A stretch of DNA of 64,000 bases, from contig NC_043002.1 in assembly GCF_006345805.1 (NCBI RefSeq), forward strand, positions 39,804,001 through 39,868,000. The letters are read 5' to 3'. The notes below the pieces were generated by a model. The model was given only the letters and a program-made list of their open reading frames with translations. It searched no databases and was not told where the DNA came from. The DNA is from Octopus sinensis. Taxonomy: Eukaryota. Position 1 is the first letter of the stretch; the number at the start of each line of letters is the position of its first letter. Positions 49,292 through 64,000 of this stretch are shown here, one piece after another. Made by a program: the position numbers and the translations under genes.

Positions 49292-50144
49292 CATACACAC
49301 ATACATACATACAGATATATATATATATATAAATACATACATACATATATCACGTGATCACGTGACCGACCAGACCATCAGATGTTTTACACATCGCTGG
49401 TCACAATGCGTTCGCATTGTTTTAGCCTTCGAATGACGCCACCCCGCTGGCTAAGCGAGCAGGCCAACATACATATATACAGATATATATATAGATATAT
49501 AAATGAAATAATATAATATATTAAATATATAATGATATAGATGGCCCATTAGCAATTAAAACTTAAAGACAAATTAATAAACAAGGGTGAGTCAAAACCA
49601 ACTTGATAGCCACACAAAGTACTAACTTCATGAAATTAATGAACTGTTAGGGAGTAAGCAAAAGGGCCTTTCTATGGTGAGATAAACTCACAAAATGGAG
49701 TAAGCAGAAATATCCATAACATGTGATTTCAAACTCTGATAATGATCTTAGTTATCAGTGGAACTTGCTGATACTCTGGGTTAAAAGGGTAGTCTGCCTC
49801 ATGCAATTCATGAGAAAACCTTTGAAAGCTTGAGCTAAATCAAAATGGTTGAAGTGTATAGTATAAATAAAATAGTATAATATATCAAATACATTATAAT
49901 ATAGGTGGCCTGTTAGCAATTCAAACCTAAAAGCAAATTAATAAACAAGGGTATATATATATCAAGAGAGAGAGAGAGATGTATGTATATATATTAACAT
50001 ACACATTTATCATCATTATCAACATCGTTTAACATCCGCCTTCCATGCTTGCATGGGCATATATATATATAAAACCAAAGAGAATGGAGTGAGCGGGGTC
50101 CTTTTATTTCATATGCATATATATATACACACACACACACATCA

Positions 50145-51285
50145 CTGTCATCATCATCATTTAACGTCTGTTGTCCATACTGGCATGTGTTGGATGGTAT
50201 TACCATGGCTGGCAAGCTGAAAGACTGCATCAGACTCCAGTCTGATTTGGCATGGTTTCTATGACTGAATGTCCTTCTTAACACCACCCACTCTGAAAGT
50301 GTAATGGGTGCTTTTACATACCACCGACTGGCATGGGTGCCATTTGTGTGACACCAGTATCTGCCACAACTGCAGTTTTGCTCAGCTTGATGGGTCTTTT
50401 TCTCAAGCATGACATAATGCCAAAGGTTTTGGTCATTGCCTCTGTAAGGCCAAACACTTGAATGGAGCTCAGCCACTGTGTCTCCATGAGGCCTAATGCT
50501 CAAAAGGAGCCTTTTACATACCACCAGCACAGGTGCTAGTAACACGATACCAGCATCAACCATGACTACAATTTCACTTGATTTGACAGGTCCTCTCAAG
50601 TACAACACATCGCCAACGGTCTCAGTCACTAGTCATTGCCTCCGTGAAGTTCAAAGTTCGATAGTCATGCTTCACCACCTCATCCCACATTTTCCTTGAT
50701 CTACCACAGGTTCCCTCCACAGTTAGAGGTTGACATTTCTTTATACAGCTGTCCTCGTCCATACGCATCACATGACCATACTAGTGCAGTCAGCTCTCTT
50801 ACATACCACATCTGATGCCTCTTATTCCCACCTTTTCTCTCAAGCTGCTTACACTCTGATGAACATGCACACCGACATTGCACATCCAGTAAAGCATACT
50901 GGTTTCATTTCCTTCAAGCCTACACATGTCCTTAGCTGTCACAGCCCATGTTTCACTGTCATGTAGTATAGCTGTTCACACACAGGCATCATGCAATCTG
51001 CCTTTCACACTGAGAGATATGCCCTTTGTTGCCAGTAGAGGTAGGAGCTCTCTGAACTATGCCCAGTCTAATCTTATTCTCACAGCTACACTCTCAGCAC
51101 ATCCACCTCCACTACAAACTTGGTCAGCTAGATAGCAGAAGCTATCTACTACCACTAGCTTACCTACCTGGCACTTGATGGAGTCTATTTTCTGTACATT
51201 TTCAGTGTTTATTGTACCTGTGCATCTTCCACACACAAAAGTGATTTTCCCCATTAACCTTCCTCTGATGGTGCCACACCTGCAT
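50145..51285 (-). mobile_element. 5'-truncated RTE LINE (end of finger region, C-terminus, 3' UTR)
   Basis: FVCGRCTGTINTEN...DSFCYLADQVCSGGGCAESVAVRIR, followed by the shared tail ending in (GAT)n. Confidence 0.85.
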
Positions 51286-51974
51286 CTATAATATCATTTG
51301 TGTGTATGTGTGTGTATCTATATATACATCTGCATACATACAGTGTCATTCAATAACTGCTGTTACTATTATTTGTACAAACTCACAAAGCATATTAGAA
51401 ATTCAACCCATTTGACAGAAAAAGAATCCATTGTACATATAAAATGATTGATAAATATTCAAAGAAAGTATTGATTTTTATCAGTTTAGGTAAAACATAA
51501 ACAAGTCAACAAATAAACAGGTGTGAGCACTCCATATGTATTAGTCATGAGAGCAACCATGCATAAACACAGATATAAAAATCTTTAATTATCAGCTAGT
51601 GTTACAGAAGAACGCATGCAAAGAGTCCTTATTTACCAACAGTAAGTTTGTTGCTATTGTTAGAATTTTGACTAAGGCTATGCTGTGTCCATCAGACAAA
51701 GTAACTAACTTTAGCTGCTTGAATTTTACCTGGATATAAATAGATACGATGCTTTCTGTTGTAAGCAGCAGGAACACAGTATACTTACTGAGTGCTCTGT
51801 TAGATTGCAGTGGTGGGTTCAAGGCTTTGTATGGGCTTGTGGCATGATACAAACATTCATATTCTAACTCCGTTTAGCTAATTCTGTCATTACCAGCTAA
51901 CCATCACCACCAGAATGAAATATCCAAAAAATACAGTGTGTCAGATATAACTATCCTTTAAATATACACACAGG

Positions 51975-52385
51975 TACAGGCATGGCTGTGTGGTAAGAAG
52001 CTTGCCTCCCAACCACATGGTTCTGGGTTCAGTCCCACTCTGTGACACCTTGGGCAAATGTCTTCTACGATAGTCTCATGCCGACCAAAGCCTTGTGAGT
52101 GAATTTGGTAGACAGAAACTCAAAGAAGCCTGTCGTATATGTATATGTATATATTCATATGTATGTGTCTTTGTGTCTGTGTTTCTACCCCCATCTCTGC
52201 TTGACAACTGATGTTGGTGTGTTTACATTCCCATAACTTAGTAGTTCAGCAAAAGAGACTGACAGAATAAGTATTAGATTTACAAAGAATAAGTCCTGGT
52301 GTTGATTTCTTTGACAAAATACCCCTTTAAGGCAATGCTCCAGCATGGCTGTAGTTAAATGACTGAAACAAGTAAAAGAATAAAT
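51975..52385 (+). mobile_element. tRNA-derived SINE family A, full length
   Basis: Collinear with the other copies. Confidence 0.85.
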
Positions 52386-53227
52386 GAATACTTATGGATT
52401 CTTTGGAGGCACATAGGCTTGTGTAGAGAGAATATTACGTACATGATATTTGCTGCGTAGAAACCACGAGACTTTGATACTTTGCACTTACAAAGGTGTA
52501 GGTATGGCTAAGTGGATAAGAAGTTTGCTTCCCAACAACATGATTTTGGGGTTCAGTCCCACTTCATGGCACCTTGGGCATGTTTCTTCTACTATAGCCC
52601 TGGACCAACCAAAGACTTGTGAGTGGATTTGATTAATGGAAACTAGAAGCCTATTGTATATATATATATATATATGTAGATGTGTATGTGTGTGTGTGTG
52701 TGTGTACGTATGTGTGTACGTGTGTGTGTGTGTACATGTATGTGTGTGAGTGCATGTGCATGAGTGAGTGTGCATGAATAAGTGTCTGTGTGTGTGTGTG
52801 TTGTGTTTGTATTCCCTTCTCTTCACACTATGTTAGTTGCAAATGAGTATCAGTCATACAAGCAGTATCATTCATTTCCAATATTCTGCATAATTATGTC
52901 TGGCCATGGATAGATATTCCCTGCCTTGGAAACAGGTGAGGGTTGGCAACAGGAAGGCATCCAGTCGTAAAAAAAATCTACTTCAATAAACTCTGTCTGA
53001 CCAACGCAAACGTGGTAAAATGGTTATTAAAACGATGATGAAATTTCTGGGAAAATACAACTGCATGGCTATGTGGTAAGTAGCTCGCTTCCCAACCACA
53101 TGGTTCCAGGTTCAGTCCTACTGCTTGACACTTTTGGTAACAGTCTTCTACTGCTCGGGCTGACCAAAGTCTTGTGAGTAGACTTGGATACAGAAACTGA
53201 AAGAAGTGCATCATATATATGTGTGTG

Positions 53228-53560
53228 TATGGTTCAGTGGTTAGAGCGTCGAGCTTATGATCGTGAGGTTGTGAGCTCGAATCCCGGACCGGACTGCGTG
53301 TTGTGTTCTTGAGCAAGACACTTTATTTCACGTTGCTCCAGTTCACTCAGTTGTAGAAATAAGTTGCGACGTCACAGGTACCAAGCTGTATCAGCCTTTG
53401 CCTTTCCCTTGGATAATTCTGGTGGCATGGAGAGGGGAGGACAGTATGCATGGGCGACTGCTGTTCTTCCATAAACAACCTTGCCCGGACTTGTGCCTGG
53501 GAGGGTAACTTTCTAGGTGCAATCCCATGGTCTGTGTTGTGACCAAAGGGGGTCTCAGAG
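53228..53560 (+). mobile_element. tRNA-derived SINE family C, full length
   Basis: Head tggttcagtggttagagcg...gagctcgaatcccgg (A/B boxes) followed by tgttcttgagcaagacactttatttcacgttgctccag. Confidence 0.75.
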
Positions 53561-56500
53561 TATGCGTGTGGGTGTGTTTGGGGTAGGTGCAGGGTGTGCG
53601 TGTGCGTCTTTGTATCTGTGTTTGGGGCTAACTTGGAGCTACAGAAGGAGACACTTGCCTGAGGTGGTAATAAGTAGAACTGAAACTGAAACCATGTGAT
53701 TCCAAAATTAGCTTCTTACTATATATAACCTGTGCCTATATAGAGAGAGTGTGTACAGATGAAATATTTAGCTTGTACAAACAAACCTTTAGGGTGAGTT
53801 ACAACCCATGTACAGAAATGAGACAGATTTCATAGGACTTGAGAGTCCTTATGCATTCTCACTTGTCAGCTGGTGTGTTGTCATGGAGAGTGGTTAGCTG
53901 AAATACCTAGGCACTTGCTTAAGGACTTTCCAGTTCTATCACCGTATATGTTTAGATCAATAGAACCAATTTTGTCAGTGGACATCATCATTATCATCAT
54001 CATTGTCGTTGTCGTCATCGTCATCATCATCAGCATTGTCATCGTCATTATCATCATCATTGTCTTCGTCATCATCATCATTGTCATTGTCATCATCATC
54101 ATCATCTTCATCATTTAGCATCCACATTCCATGCTGAGATGGGTTGGACAGTTTGACAGGAGTTGGCAGAGGACTGCAACAAAGTTCTGCTGTCTGCTTT
54201 GACATGGTTTCTATGGCTGGATGCCCTTTTCTAATGCCAACCATTTTTACAGTGTGTATTGGGTGCTTTTTACAGAGTATACTGGGTGCACCAACAGCAG
54301 TGAAGTCACCAATTTACATGACAAGACACCCCCCACCCCCTTAACAGAGAGTGAGAGAGGAGTAGTAGTTTTGAAAGAAGTGACTTTATGTCAGAAGATG
54401 ATCCCCCCCACCCAAAAAAAACCCTACCACATATATATATGCATATGTTCACATATATATGCATACATACACACATAAACGTAAACGCTCTTCATGCTCC
54501 CCTATTAAGCTGTGCTGCAAAACTCACTTCTTAATTAAACAGCCATGCATCTGCTTGTGGATTTAACGCTACACTGGGGCCATATTAACAGTATTATAGG
54601 CCCCTAGGCAAATCAAGGTACTCAGCACTTTATTTTTTGTTGACGGTAAGCCACAGTGTACATACATCCAAATCGGGTCCATAGACCAGTGAGACCACTG
54701 GCAACTACTTCAAAAAGGCATTGATTTTACAATAGTTTTCTTGTTTATACAAACTACACAAAATACTAACGATAAGACAGTCTCTCAGCTCTAAATTTCA
54801 GCAGTCTAACACAGAAAAAAAAAAGAAAGAAGTGGAAATTTTACCGGTGAGTGTGTTACATTATAAGGCACCAAAAGAGAATGACTCTCCCCAGACACAA
54901 CAGAATATGCTTCAACACACGAACTCATATAAAGAATCTTGCAAACCAAATCTAAAAACGAAATAACACAGAACCACTTTCTTGTTATGAGTTTAAATAA
55001 TCCATAGACAGTGTTACAAACAGACCAAGAGTTTTATTTATTTATTGATGTTTAATTGAAACACCATATAAAAATTTAATATATGAAGTTTAAAAAGAGA
55101 TTAAACTTGTTTATGCTTGTAAACTAGTTTATTCTAAACAGCAGCTGTGCAGCTAGAACCGTGCAGCTTTGCTGTAGATAATTGAAGTATGAGTGATGAC
55201 TGATGATTGATGATGTATCGTCAACCTTGTTTAAGTAGCGAGTTGACAGAATCGTTAATTTCGTAGGACGAAATGCTTAGCGGCATTTCTTTCAACTCTT
55301 TACTTCTGAGTTCAAATACTACCGAATTCAACTGTACCTTTCATCCTTTTGGAGCCGATAAAATAAAGTACAAGTCGAGCACTAAATCTGATATAATCGA
55401 CTAGCCTCCGCTCCTAAACTTGCTGGCCTTTTGGCAAAGTTTAAAACAGTATCGTAAATGTTGTTGTTGTTACTGCTGCAGCTGTTGTTATGATTGTTGT
55501 TGGTGGTGGTGTTCTTACTGCTGCCGTCGTTGTTGTGATTGTTGTTGTTGTTCTTGTTTAGCCCCTAACCAATAACTACGTACGTCATAAAGATGCAGTC
55601 TCTTATTCAGATACATTATCCAACGAATCTTTCTTTTCTTGAAGACAGCAGGATGTGAATCGAGGAAGTTTTCGCTGCTATTTCCAATCTCCTTCATTGT
55701 CTTTTCCTATAAATGTATTATTTACCTGCGAAAAGTAGAAAATGAACGGGACATAAAAACGATCTGAAAACAACAACATAGATTGTTTTTACAATGTAAT
55801 TACATGAATATATATGAAGAAATCGTTTGTGCTCCTAAAATATAGCATAAAATAAAAATACAACCCATTTATTTATTTATTTATTTATTATCTCAGACGA
55901 TTTTTCCGTTAGTCAGATACGTTCTGCAATGAGAAAAGTAATTCTATTAATGTATTTGCACGAAATACAACAGAGAAATGAAATGTCATCCAATGAGAAC
56001 TGCGAGATTGACAATAACAAAATGAAAGAACATTCTGTTTAAATGGTTACTGACTTAAATCTTTGTGATTGGGACCTTTCAGTTCTAAGATGAAGTCAGG
56101 AAGTAAAGTCCTGCCCCGTCGCCGCCAGTTTTTAATTAAAATGAATCATTTAAGACAAATTAGTTCTAGATCTCTAAAGTGAACATATTCCTTTCTCTAA
56201 AGTATTCTTCTCCTACCTCTGCTTGCTACACAACCATCAACAGATCCTGTCAAGCAGAATCTATAGAATAATGGAGAAAGCTGTTCTATAAAATGAATCA
56301 TTGCTAAAGGTTTTTTAAATATTCTAAAAATATTAATTTACTGTACAGTCCTCTCCTCTTCCCCTCCCTCCAATAAATGTTTGGTTAATCTTCAGAAGTT
56401 AACACGGCATGAAACAGAAGTTGAAATATATTTTTAACTACGTGTTGACTACCATTAATTGTTGAATGACGTTATAGATATTCAATTAATTGGAAATTAA

Positions 56501-58134
56501 AACAACAAATTATTTTCAAGAGACTTCATAGTTTGTAATTACTTTCATACTTCTAAATTTATCCCATTATTTTCCCCTCCACAATGAACTAAGTAAGCTA
56601 TGGAACTATAATGCATTGTCACTAAGTACTTTGCAGATTTTGTTGAGACATTAGTCACTTTAGTAGTGTTAGAACAAATTAAAATTATGTTTAGTGAAAA
56701 TTTTATACCCTAGTAACTTGAAACCATTTGAAATAAGGAAAAAAAATTAACCCATTAGCTTCAACCGCATAACACTTAAGCTTATGTTACCTCATTCAGC
56801 TTAAGGGCCTTAATTTACCAAGATCTGGAAAGTTTATCATTTCCTTTCTTTTTATAACCTTTGATTAATTAATTAACTTTTCCAAATGTAAGAGAAATTC
56901 AATCTATATATCCTGTTATTCTGACCCAAATTTGGAAAAGTGCAGACTTTCAAACAAAAAGAAATCTCAATCTAAATTATGAATATTCAGAGCTGTCTGT
57001 TTTTACAGAAGTTCTAGATAATGGTAGTGCATTGTGTTATGTGATTTTCTTTCCACAAAAGAGCAGGTTTCTCTGCTTTATCAACCCATACTCTTAAACT
57101 AACAAACAAAAAGTCATTAATACATATAGCTTAGCCAACGCTATATTGTGTCCTTGACAAAGATACTTAATTCTCATATGTCCACTCTTACAACTTGTAA
57201 ATGGACACCATAAAACATAACTGCTCATTGTTGGAAGGAAATTTGTTGCTGTAAACAAGCTCAATTCCATAAACAAAGGCCATGCCTTAAAACTAGCCAG
57301 AATCTTATTAGCTTTCAATGCATATCTCAAATCTTTTCAAATGTGTAGCTGGAGAGGAATGAAGTCTGCCAGGCTGACTTACTGTAACTCTTTAACATTC
57401 AGGTTCCTCTGTCAAATATAATACCTATTTATTCATATTGTTTTGAATTAATCCTGTACTATCTCATAGCTTTGAGATTTCAATGATGTGATTGATTACT
57501 TTTAGAATGACATTGTAGGGTAGGTGTGAGAGATTGGATCTGGCCAGTTTAAATGCTAAAGGGTTTTCTTTGTGTTGCTTGTCCTGTTTTCCATTTGTTT
57601 CTCTAATTGTTTGTATATTGAACTCATTTGTTTTTGAATTTCATGTTGTTTATTATTGGTGATGTCCTGTACCCATATGTGTGTGTGTGGGGGGGAGAAT
57701 ACTGAAGTTCAACTAATATAATTTCCATGTGCAGCCAACCATGAAGAAGTAAAACAGCCATCTACTACCACTCATAGCAGCGCAACAAACACACTCTGGT
57801 AGCAAACAACATGAATCTACCAACTGCTACAAAATTCAAACCAAGATGGATGGGATGGCCTTGACGAATGGGGTATTTTTTTTTTCCGCTCTAAGTTTAT
57901 TCTGCTACAATAGTAGCAGCATTGAATTCTTTCATTCTGTAGTTCTGATGAAATATTTGCTAAAAATTATAATGGACTATCCTGTCTGCTGAAAACCTAT
58001 ATTTTGCATCTGAAGATGGTAGTATATTTCAAATTGATGTAATGCTTGCATTGTTCGATTAAATGAAGATAAAATTTCCAGTGGTTCCTCAATTATGAAA
58101 CAAGTAATTTATGCAATATATATACTCTTCTATT

Positions 58135-58525
58135 CTCTCTTCTACTTATTTCAGTCATTTGACTGTGGCCATGTTGGAGCAGCGTCTGTAGTTGAGCAAA
58201 TCAACCTCAGGACTTATTCTTTGTAAGCTTGTACTTATTCTATTGGTCTCTTTTGCCGAACTGCTAAGTTACAGGGCATAAACACACCAGCATCTGTTGT
58301 CAAGTGATGTTGGGGGACAAACACAAATACACAAACATACACACACATACATATATATATATATACATATATACGACGGGCTTCTTTCAGTTTCTGTCTA
58401 CCAAATCCACTCACAAGACTTTGGTCGACCCGAGGCTATTGTAGAAGACACTTGCCCAAGGTGCTGAACCCAGAACCATGTGGTTGGTAAGCAAGCTACT
58501 TACCATAAAGCCACACTTGCACCTA
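58135..58525 (-). mobile_element. tRNA-derived SINE family A, full length
   Basis: Collinear with the other copies. Confidence 0.85.
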
Positions 58526-60519
58526 TATATAGGTAAATAGGAAAATGAAACAAACTAAAAGTCTCTACTGGATTGTCTGTCAACTTTTTAATGAAAGCCC
58601 TTCATCACACATTCATATATTGCGTAATCACTATCTCCATCTTGATCTCTTTAACTCTAGCATTTAAAGTCAACTAAATAGTTGGATCTTTGCCAGTTCT
58701 ATACTATGCAAATATGCTTCAACTCTGACTCTTTCAAGACTACTAAGCAGGTGACCTAAATCAAATATTCCCTTCACACCGTTCACACAAACCTAAATCT
58801 CCAGAACAGGAGAGAAACACAACATATAGTACCGAGGATTACCCACCTCTGTTCCACTGACTGTCAATTCTATCACTACAGCAACAGAATTTGCTCCTCA
58901 TAAGTAGTTCGTTTTATACCACTTCCGTACAAGCCTACCCAACACACACCTTTCCTCTTCTTGTCACTCATGTTGTGTCACACTATGAAATTCCACACTA
59001 ATAATGTTTCCCAATCCTTCCCTCCCAAGCACACAATTCCCATCTATGTTTTTCCTGTAGCTGTCACCTTACACATAGGCAAATAGGACATTGATCATAT
59101 CAATTTCGCAAGTCCCAGAAGATCTATACAAGCCATAGGCACTTGCCCATAAAGAACTAACAATAACATACAACCTTAAATTGATAGAACAAGAATTGTT
59201 CAATGTCAGCCATGCTAATAAATAAACTTAATTCATCATCCAATTCAACACTACTGCCAGGACTTGAGCTTTTAACAAAATCCACTCTATGCAAACATTC
59301 TGGTCAGGTATACAGTCTGATAACTTAACCTTCTTGAGACTCCCAAGCCAATTGATCAGCCCAAATATAATAGCCAATCAGAGATTGTCTTTCAGTAGAT
59401 ATAATATAATATATATAGCTTCACATACAATAAAGTAGCTTTAGGTGCTATATCCTTTGTTCTCTACATGCACCCATCATTTTCAATCTCAACAGAAAAC
59501 ACTTTTTTTTTTTTTGGTTACACATACTAAAACACTGTATATCTCAAAAGGATATTAATATCTTGATATGTTGCCTCCTACTGTACTTTCACTGGTCCTT
59601 GGGTACTTTTAAACAGAATCTACTTTATTGCAAGACCAGGTCTGCAGCTTTAAGATATCGCAAGGCTATGTCTGCAGCTTGAAAATAATTTGATATCTTG
59701 ATGCACAACTTCCTGTTGCAGCAGCCTATGAACTGTGATTTCTTTATCCCTTCAACACACACACACACCAGCCTCGGGGCTCCTGTTAAAAGCCATAGAT
59801 GCTGCCTGTCTTTTGTTGACTCAACCCACTTGCATTGATAAAGCGGGGTGGTCCACCCTAAGCAACACTTTTATGGGGGCTGAACCACTTTTGGGTCTGC
59901 TTTAGGCAATGTGTATTTTTTTGTGGAGGCCTGGGAGCGGTACACACTCCAGTTATGCTAGTGACTAATCTATAACACTTTCTTTTCTAAATATAATAAT
60001 ATTAACGTAAACGAGGGGATTACATCTCGCTCAGAGATTTATTATTGCTATAATAATATTATTATAACATTATTCATCATAATAATATTTATTTGCTTGG
60101 TCAAACTGTGCTTATCTCCCTTCTATGGAGCTCTCTAGCAATGATATCAAATAATAATTATATCTTGAAGGATAACTCAAAAATGAGTTCAACCCAAATG
60201 ATATTTAATAATTAGTCATCAAACAATAATTAACATATCATCATGCAAAGTTTGTAGAGTTGGGTATGTTTGTATGCAAGAGAGAGATGCAAAGACTGAT
60301 ATTTTGAGTGAAGTCCTGTCAGAGAAAGGAATTTTACTTCCTTTTATCCTGCTTTGTAAATTTCACTTGTAATTTTGTAAAATGAATGTATGAATGAGAT
60401 TTGTGTGTAGAGATACAAAGTTCAATGTATATTCATTCCATCATGAGCCTTGCTAGTATTTCGGTAACCTCTACTTTCTATTTATTAAGCAAAAAAGAAA
60501 CAGTGTGTTTCTAAATTTC

Positions 60520-60541
60520 ATCATCGTCACCACCACCACTG

Positions 60542-60572
<31 letters not shown>

Positions 60573-60890
60573 TATCATCATCATCACCACCACCTCTACC
60601 ACCACCATCATCATCACCACCACCACTACCTCCACTACCACCACTATCATCATCATCATCATCATCATCATCGCCACCACCATCACTATCATCATCATCA
60701 TCATCACCACCACCACCACCGCTACCTCTACAACCACCATCATCATCATCACTACCACCACCACCAACACCACCACCACTACCTCCACTACCACCACTAT
60801 CATCATCATCATCATCATCACCACCACCACCACCATCAGCACTACCTTCACCACTACTACTATTATCACTATCATCATCATCATTTTAAC
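60520..60890. repeat. Cryptic (CAT)/(CAC) triplet array
   Basis: Visible. Source of the poly-M/V and poly-I/T ORFs. Confidence 0.9.
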
Positions 60891-61519
60891 ATTCAGTTTT
60901 ATGGACATGCATGAATGAGATGGAATTTGTAGAGGCAGATTTTTCATGGACACATGCCCTTCCTGCTGCTAACTGCCAACTGCCAACACTCACTCTTTAA
61001 GGTCAAGAAAGATAATATTTCCCCATCACCTGACATGTTTTCCACAGAAAATTAGAAGCAAACAAGCAACATTGCTTGTCTGATGCTGGCACTCATTAAC
61101 AACCATCATGTATTGTCAACACAGAGAGACAACTCTACTCACCCTTACATACTCACACACACATTATATTATATATCGTATATGTGTAGTCATCCCTATG
61201 TAATGGCTACTTCAGGTTACAGGATTTTGTACTTATGAAACTTGTAAAGTATTACCATTAAGTTCAAATTTGTAATTTCTCTCTCCCAGAGAATTAGGTA
61301 AATTTTAAGAATCTAAAAACTACACGTTCTTCTTAGCCAAAAGGTTACTTCTCTGTGTTTTAGCTAAGATCAAAAATAGTTAGCAATTTGAAAAATTATA
61401 ATCTCTGTTCAATTTCCACTTTGAATATTTATGTGTGTGTTTTGTACACAGTTTCTTGGGTCACAATCAACATCCATCAATCCATCGATTCCTCTCTCCC
61501 CACCCTCTCTCTCCTTTCC

Positions 61520-61561
<42 letters not shown>

Positions 61562-61657
61562 TCATCATCATCATCGTCGTTTAGCGTCCGTTTTCCATGC
61601 TAGCATGGGTTGACACATACATACATATACATACATATATATGTGTATGTATGTATG

Positions 61658-61691
<34 letters not shown>

Positions 61692-62169
61692 TGTACAGGC
61701 CAACTTTCACTACTACCACCACCATCTATCATCAATATACACAACCACAATCAATACTAAAACTAATATAACTACTGCCGTTACCAACCGGCCATCTCTT
61801 TAATGACCACCATCAACAACATTGACAATGGTATGAACAAGATAAGATACTCGATATACAATAAGAAACAATGACAATACCCTGGTGTATTTTGAAAGTT
61901 GAACATAATGTCTTTGATCTTAGATCAATGAGAACTGACTTAAAACTAAACAGCAACAACTATACAATTAACAAGGACAATATGACCACCACCACCATCA
62001 CTAATGATACAGCAATTATCACCAACATGAAAATCAGTACATCCAACATCTCCACTGCTGCCAACCCACTAACTTTTGAACAATCAATGGCAATAGCAGT
62101 AATAGGGATCTTTACTTTTTGACCAACAGATTTTAAAAATTATTTTTTGTAACTAAACACTTTCAAACT

Positions 62170-63585
62170 TCGTATACTGGTATTTCTCATGAAGAAATAT
62201 CAACACTGGAATTTAAAGATACCAAAAACTGTATGTAGCTTCTTCTAAGAGGAAGTGCCACTTGTGATATGTAATTAGACCTTCTACATGTGCATCATTT
62301 TCAAAGGTTATGTAAAGTTTAATTTACCTCTGATTGGAAGTTTAAATAAAAAGGCATGTATTACTAAGAGCCTTTTCAAAGAGTGGTTTACTAACACTTT
62401 TGTCCTGTTGCAGAAAGGCCTATCACCAGATATATCTCCAATAAAGCATCACTTCTTTTAGACAATATATCAAGCAATCCAATGAACCTAAATGAGTTTT
62501 CTGATCATGTGAGAGTAGAATACATCACCAAATATACAACTTCTTCGCTACCACCAGTGGATCATGGTATGATAGTTAACTTCAAGTCATATTGTCTGAG
62601 AAGTACTTTCAAACAGTTTATGAAAGCAATTGACAGGAATTGCAATTAGAGACTTCTGGATGATGTTCAATATAATGGGTGCTTGGGATAACATTACTGA
62701 AGTGAGACCCTCAACTATGAATGGAGACCCTCAATTATGAATGGAAAAATATACAGTTTGTTTGTATTCATGGAATACAAGTTTCCCACAAGCAGAAAAT
62801 CTACTTCAAATTCAGAAAGATGTGATACTTGCAAATGATATAGTTTGAAGAATTCATAGGGGATGGTGTAGTTGAGTCGCTAGTGCCCCATAGATAATGT
62901 TTATCTAATAAGGAGCTAACACTGTTGGAACAAAAGCAAACTGAGAATGCAGATGATAATAGAGAAATTCCATTAGCTCCACTTATATTGACTGCAAAGA
63001 ATATTGTTAAAGGTTTGGCACTTATAGAAAAAGGCCTGCAAGTTTTTTTGTTGATAACAACTTTAATCACTAATATAGCATAAAAAATTACAAGAGGAGT
63101 TCACAACGATCTCAGTTCCTTCACTGAACTGTACGAAGAGATGATGCACCATAAACATCAAACAATTTTTTTGGATATATTCTTCCCCACCCTCCAAGTA
63201 GATGTTGATGATGATGAACTACAAAAAGGAGATAGTGTCCCCCCATCCTCCCAGTAACTATCATATCATCACCATCACCACCACCACCCTTCACGCAGTA
63301 GACTTGTTTTCTCTAACACCATTAAGATACTATGGTTCTTATTTATTCCCTAAAGAATTTCTCTTCAAATGTTTTTATGTATACATATTGTTCAGAGTAG
63401 TTTTACAAAATATTTTCATGCATATATTTGGCTGCATTACTTGTCTTTGTATTACTTTTTCTCTTTTTTAAAAAAAGATACCTGCCAGAATGCATTATCA
63501 CTTTATAATATGGAAACCAAAGGGAAAATGAAAGTTTTTCAGGAATGCACAACTCCCACAGTGTGGGTAATTCCTATATACACTG
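62170..63585 (+). mobile_element. pogo/Tigger DNA transposon remnant (DDE_1-type transposase)
   Basis: ISHEEISTLEFKDTK, NKKACITKSLFKEWFTNTF, FLDNISSNP, EYITKYTTSSLPPVDHGMIVNFKSY, AWDNITEVRPSTMNG. Putative right end ...tatacactg followed by TA at 63585. Confidence 0.8.
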
Positions 63586-63709
63586 TATATGTACATATAG
63601 ATATACATACATACATACATAATACATACATACATACATACATACATACATACAAAAATACACGCATACATGCATACATACATACATACATACATAATAC
63701 ATACATACA

Positions 63710-63744
<35 letters not shown>

Positions 63745-64000
63745 GTGTGTGTGAAATTTGACTGATCACTGCCTTTGCTGCCAACTGTGGTTGCTTTTAG
63801 CTTCAGAAGCAGAGAGAAATAGGGTTTACTTGGAAATAAAAGAGAGGGAGAAATTTCCCTCAAGGTTAGAGAATCACTGAGATTTATTTAAAATTTTTTT
63901 AATTTTATACATATATATAAGGTAAAAGGGTAAAGATCCCCTTTGGTCATGAATAACCATGGGATTACACCTAGAAGGTTCCCCTCCAAGGCACAAGCCT

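Noticed and set aside
58570-59460. Higher-complexity segment that might be a decayed transposon
   Set aside because: No motif recognised in any frame by eye; needs BLASTX.

Overview
AT-rich, repeat-saturated animal genomic DNA. The repeat families look like those of octopus (coleoid cephalopod) genomes; this is recognised from memory and not verified by a search. No host protein-coding gene can be supported, and almost all ORF-track entries are translated microsatellites. The window holds several kinds of element: (1) three tRNA-type SINE families (called A, B and C here); (2) decayed RTE-clade LINEs and many isolated RTE 3' tails; (3) a restriction-like-endonuclease LINE ending in (TACA)n; (4) Penelope-like element (PLE) remnants covering GIY-YIG endonuclease, linker and RT; (5) Tc1/mariner, maT-like and pogo/Tigger transposase remnants; (6) hAT- and piggyBac-type MITEs; (7) a ~2.5 kb near-identical duplication flanking a 100-N gap, probably an assembly artefact. 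The most interesting signal is a set of short elements that abut (TA)n or (TACA)n microsatellites and carry type I hammerhead-ribozyme-like folds. Several have non-canonical cores (U4C, A6U, an extra A after A9). One has all three helices intact at 42212-42270, and one lies directly downstream of a Penelope GIY-YIG C-terminus. All folds were made by eye and activity is untested. Element boundaries are approximate (about 10-30 bp) unless TSD/TIR coordinates are stated.
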